Source: Nemertoderma westbladi (lineage: Eukaryota; Animalia; Xenacoelomorpha). Taken from it: 35,145 nt of DNA. Shown in pieces: positions 32,090 through 35,145 of the stretch (positions are counted from its first letter, which is position 1; every line of letters starts with the position of its first letter). The notes under the pieces are model-generated. The model did not search any database. It was not told the origin of the DNA and saw only the letters and a list, made by a program, of their open reading frames with translations. Location: contig JAUCBJ010008833.1 in assembly GCA_032718475.1 (NCBI GenBank), positions 1 through 35,145 on the forward strand, in the 5' to 3' direction. The translations under genes were made by a program, and so were the position numbers.

Positions 32090-33529
32090 TTATTGCTCCA
32101 TCTTCATATATAGATTTACCTCAACAGGTTCTGCATTATCGCCTTCAAATTTATGAGTATTCCTGAGGGAATAGGGCACCCACAACAGAAGCTGAATAAT
32201 AGCTAAAAGGGCAGGCCATAGACAAGCTACTGAGAACATGCCCTCTTTAAGCTGGGCAATCTCAGGTCCAGAAAGTGTCGAACCTCCACTCTGTATATGA
32301 GAAGTGTATTGGTAACGGTTTAAAACAGACAAAACAAGCATAGGAGCCACACTCTGTGCCGGTTTGGTAAATAATGCATTGACTCCAAAAACTGTAGAAG
32401 AGATAGGTGTAGAGCGATTGTGTTGCCTTTGGTCAGCATCAACTACATCAGATAGTATCAGATTGAATTGGGAGAAAGTAACATTAGTAATGACCATGTC
32501 GATTACGAAGTAGAAGGCAAGAAAGTAAAAATGAGATGGACCAATCAAGTACATGAGGGTTGACTGAGTGAGTTTGTACAGGAAAAAGAACACTATTACT
32601 CTATAAGCTCCAAAGTGTTTCACAGGAATTGTAACAGCAAGCAAAACAAAATTTGTTAAGATGTAAGGAGAACCATAGACTAAACTACGTACAGAAGATG
32701 AAATGCTGTCCTTTGGAATCAGTTGATCTCCAAATATTGCCAGGAAATTCTTGTTATAAGTGGAATGACAAATCTGTAGAAAGTTCATGAAAATAAACAA
32801 CATGAAATTTCGATTCCTAATTAATTGACAGAACAATGTCACCATCGACTCTTTGGGTTGTTTGTTAGTTAGTTCAATATCGATTGCTGAATCACAACTA
32901 GATTTCACATTTAGTGCACAGTAGGTCAGTGACAACCATGCTAATAACGCCAGAACAACACAGACCATTTGCAAATTAACCAAATTTTTCATATGATCCG
33001 ATATAGATTCGGTTGCAAACACAGTCCAACTCGTGATAAAGTTGAAGAACACTTGACATCTCATTAGAGTCACTCTGTCTCCATATCTGTGGCTAATTTC
33101 AGTGAATAAGGCACATTGGTTGAGAAGAACAAAGGTGAAGAATGTGTCCCACAAGCAAAGAGCGAACATGAGATGCAAGCCTATAACCCAAGGTTGATCA
33201 AGAATACTCTTCCATGGGAACCAAGGTATCAAAAACGAAATACACCACAACGGGGCCCCAAATAATATAGCCTTCTGTCGCTTTCGTATCCATCTGTGAT
33301 TGGAGCGATCTTGAAAATAAGCAAACAATGGATCGTTGATAGCATTCCATATCATAAACACAACCTGAGATGCATTAAACCAGACTGGGCTGACATTGTA
33401 GACGTTTACAAATAGTTTCACATAATAGAAATCCCAAACATGAGCCATTAGATGTGATCCAAAACCCAGCATACAATAAGCAAACACGTTCCTGCTCATT
33501 ACACCTGCCATAAGGCCATACACAGCCAT
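32090..33529 (-). CDS. MFSD13A: MFS transporter, TMEM180/MFSD13A-like; CDS in a single exon
   Basis: Multi-TM ORF with YYVKLF, IWNAINDPLFAYFQD, LCLWDTFFTFV and ALFTKPAQSVAP motifs characteristic of TMEM180. First ATG is at 33529, with a possible splice acceptor at 33581-33582. Confidence 0.85.
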   Translation of the reverse strand: MAVYGLMAGVMSRNVFAYCMLGFGSHLMAHVWDFYYVKLFVNVYNVSPVWFNASQVVFMIWNAINDPLFAYFQDRSNHRWIRKRQKAILFGAPLWCISFLIPWFPWKSILDQPWVIGLHLMFALCLWDTFFTFVLLNQCALFTEISHRYGDRVTLMRCQVFFNFITSWTVFATESISDHMKNLVNLQMVCVVLALLAWLSLTYCALNVKSSCDSAIDIELTNKQPKESMVTLFCQLIRNRNFMLFIFMNFLQICHSTYNKNFLAIFGDQLIPKDSISSSVRSLVYGSPYILTNFVLLAVTIPVKHFGAYRVIVFFFLYKLTQSTLMYLIGPSHFYFLAFYFVIDMVITNVTFSQFNLILSDVVDADQRQHNRSTPISSTVFGVNALFTKPAQSVAPMLVLSVLNRYQYTSHIQSGGSTLSGPEIAQLKEGMFSVACLWPALLAIIQLLLWVPYSLRNTHKFEGDNAEPVEVNLYMKMEQ

Positions 33530-33621
33530 GTTTGTCGCTAAGAAGATATTTCTGCTAGCCAAATGTGCAAATTGCAAAGCCTATAACAAGCTGGATAGAA
33601 TATCTATATAATAGTATAAAG

Positions 33622-33824
33622 TAGGCGTACATCGGGTCTTTTGGATATCTGGCCTGATGTTTTCTAATTATATTTATACTAATAATATATTAATTAATCA
33701 TTGCCAGGGATACATTTTTACCATTTTCAAAAATGTTAATAAATTGTGACTTTATTTTGTTTAGAAAATATCCGACCGGATGCGGATATTGGTAAATTCT
33801 CGCCGGATATCCGGTGCACCGCTA
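33622..33824. mobile_element. Degenerate hAT-type MITE
   Basis: Imperfect TIR TAGGCGTACATCGG / CCGGTGCACCGCTA, internal CCGGATATCCGG motifs, and 8-bp flanks GTATAAAG / ATATAGAG (6/8 match). Confidence 0.5.
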
Positions 33825-34377
33825 ATATAGAGTAGTAGGTATTAATTACTGTGGTGTAATTGATAAATCAGTGAATTTAAGTTAAATTTATGAGATCGGC
33901 TAGTGTCACTGTAGATTGCTGAGAATGAATGGCCAAAGACCAGCGGCATGAACCGAAATAACCAGCATTCGAAGAAAAAACGCAAAAAAATATCAAGATA
34001 AAAGAATAATTTAATAATGAGCCTGTTCTAGAATATATTATTATTAATTTAATTTAATTTAGACTTTTTTTCTAGTTGTAGTCGGCCTAAGAACATGGAA
34101 GAATTTGTTTCCTTTGACTAATCCAAATAAAAATTCACAACTACGTTATTAATGACCAGTGGCAGTGCTGTCAAAATAGTTAAACTTTCAACTAGTTGTT
34201 GCCATTTGATGTTATTTAGTTTACAGTGGTTTTAATTAACTTGTTACTGCGAATTTTAGTAAGTCAATGTGGTTTTTTAAAAAAATTGTGACTTTTCAAC
34301 AAAAATCGAACTAAATTTGAAAGCTGGACATGAAGGCTGAAATTTGAAAGCTGATTAGCCATGTTGTTATGGTAACA

Positions 34378-34409
34378 TAGTGCTAACCATCGAGATGGTT
34401 AGCACTATT
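34378..34409. other. Perfect hairpin with 15-bp arms
   Basis: ATAGTGCTAACCATC-GA-GATGGTTAGCACTAT is followed by a T-run; probably a repeat-element terminus. Confidence 0.7.
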
Positions 34410-34880
34410 TTTTTTTATATATTATATAATAAATAAGAAATAAGATAGACCTACAGATATTATTATCTAGATTAATTTTCTATATCTATATAATCTCTAT
34501 ATATATAATTTCTATATAATATTATGTATCTGAAAGGCCATACTCAATATAATTTGGAAGGCAGTGGCACTTTGCGGCTCGGAAATAACAACCGTTGCTA
34601 TGGGTACATGAATTATTCAAAATGTTGTTATTAAGTTAAGTTTTAGTTGAATTTTAAATAAACTATTTATATTTAACTGAACACCTCAAAATTATTTGAA
34701 AAAATTAGTTAACTTGTCATATATATTTATCTAATTGGGGTTAGTCACTACAAAGTAAGTAGCATAGCACCTGCCTTCATGATAGAGACACTATAGAACA
34801 GCAGATGTCATAAATAAATAATAGGCTGTCGGAACGTCAGAAGAATATCACAGGAAAGTATGTTGGCCTGTTAATAATAA

Positions 34881-35145
34881 TCTATACCTATAAAAATCAA
34901 ATTCTCTCTCTCTCTCTGTGTTCGAACTCCTCCAAAACGGGCAGAGGGATTGCGCTGGGACTTGACATGTGTGTATAACTTTAACCAGCGGTCGTTATAG
35001 GCCACTTTTCGAAAAGTATAATTCACGTTCGGTACCGGTACTGGGTACCGGTACGTCAGTAGGCCTATACCGGTACCAGTACGCCAGTAGGCATATGCCG
35101 GTAGCGGGAAATACCGGGTAACATGCCTCGGGTATTGCCTGCTAG
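34881..35145 (+). mobile_element. Short non-autonomous Helitron
   Basis: A|TCTATAC start, (CT)n, AACTCCTCCAAAACGG core, subterminal hairpin CGGGTAA..TTGCCTG and terminal CTAG at the window edge. Confidence 0.65.

Overview
AT-rich, repeat-dense animal (probably invertebrate) genomic DNA, with no prokaryotic features. From left to right: (i) the 3' end of an unclassified LTR-like element. A stop-interrupted zinc-knuckle reading frame and a polypurine tract precede a TGTAA..TTACA unit (1605-2225), followed by a conserved ~540-nt non-coding block with no tRNA primer site. A diverged copy of this unit plus block lies inverted at ~5030-6282. (ii) A non-autonomous piggyBac-type element. (iii) An intact, very young Ty3/Gypsy element (identical 196-bp LTRs, tRNA-Ser PBS, single gag-pol ORF) inserted in a Helentron-associated (HINE/DINE-1-like) repeat. 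(iv) A ~5.6-kb direct duplication carrying two identical exons of a zf-3CxxC (RTP-like) gene. Only copy A keeps a predicted first coding exon, and the copies differ by a LINE, a HINE-like insertion and a tRNA-Ser pseudogene segment. A spacer containing a TIR element separates the copies. (v) A single-exon MFSD13A/TMEM180-like transporter CDS on the minus strand, then small MITE and Helitron remnants. All alignments were done by eye, and family assignments rest on recalled motifs, not on database searches.
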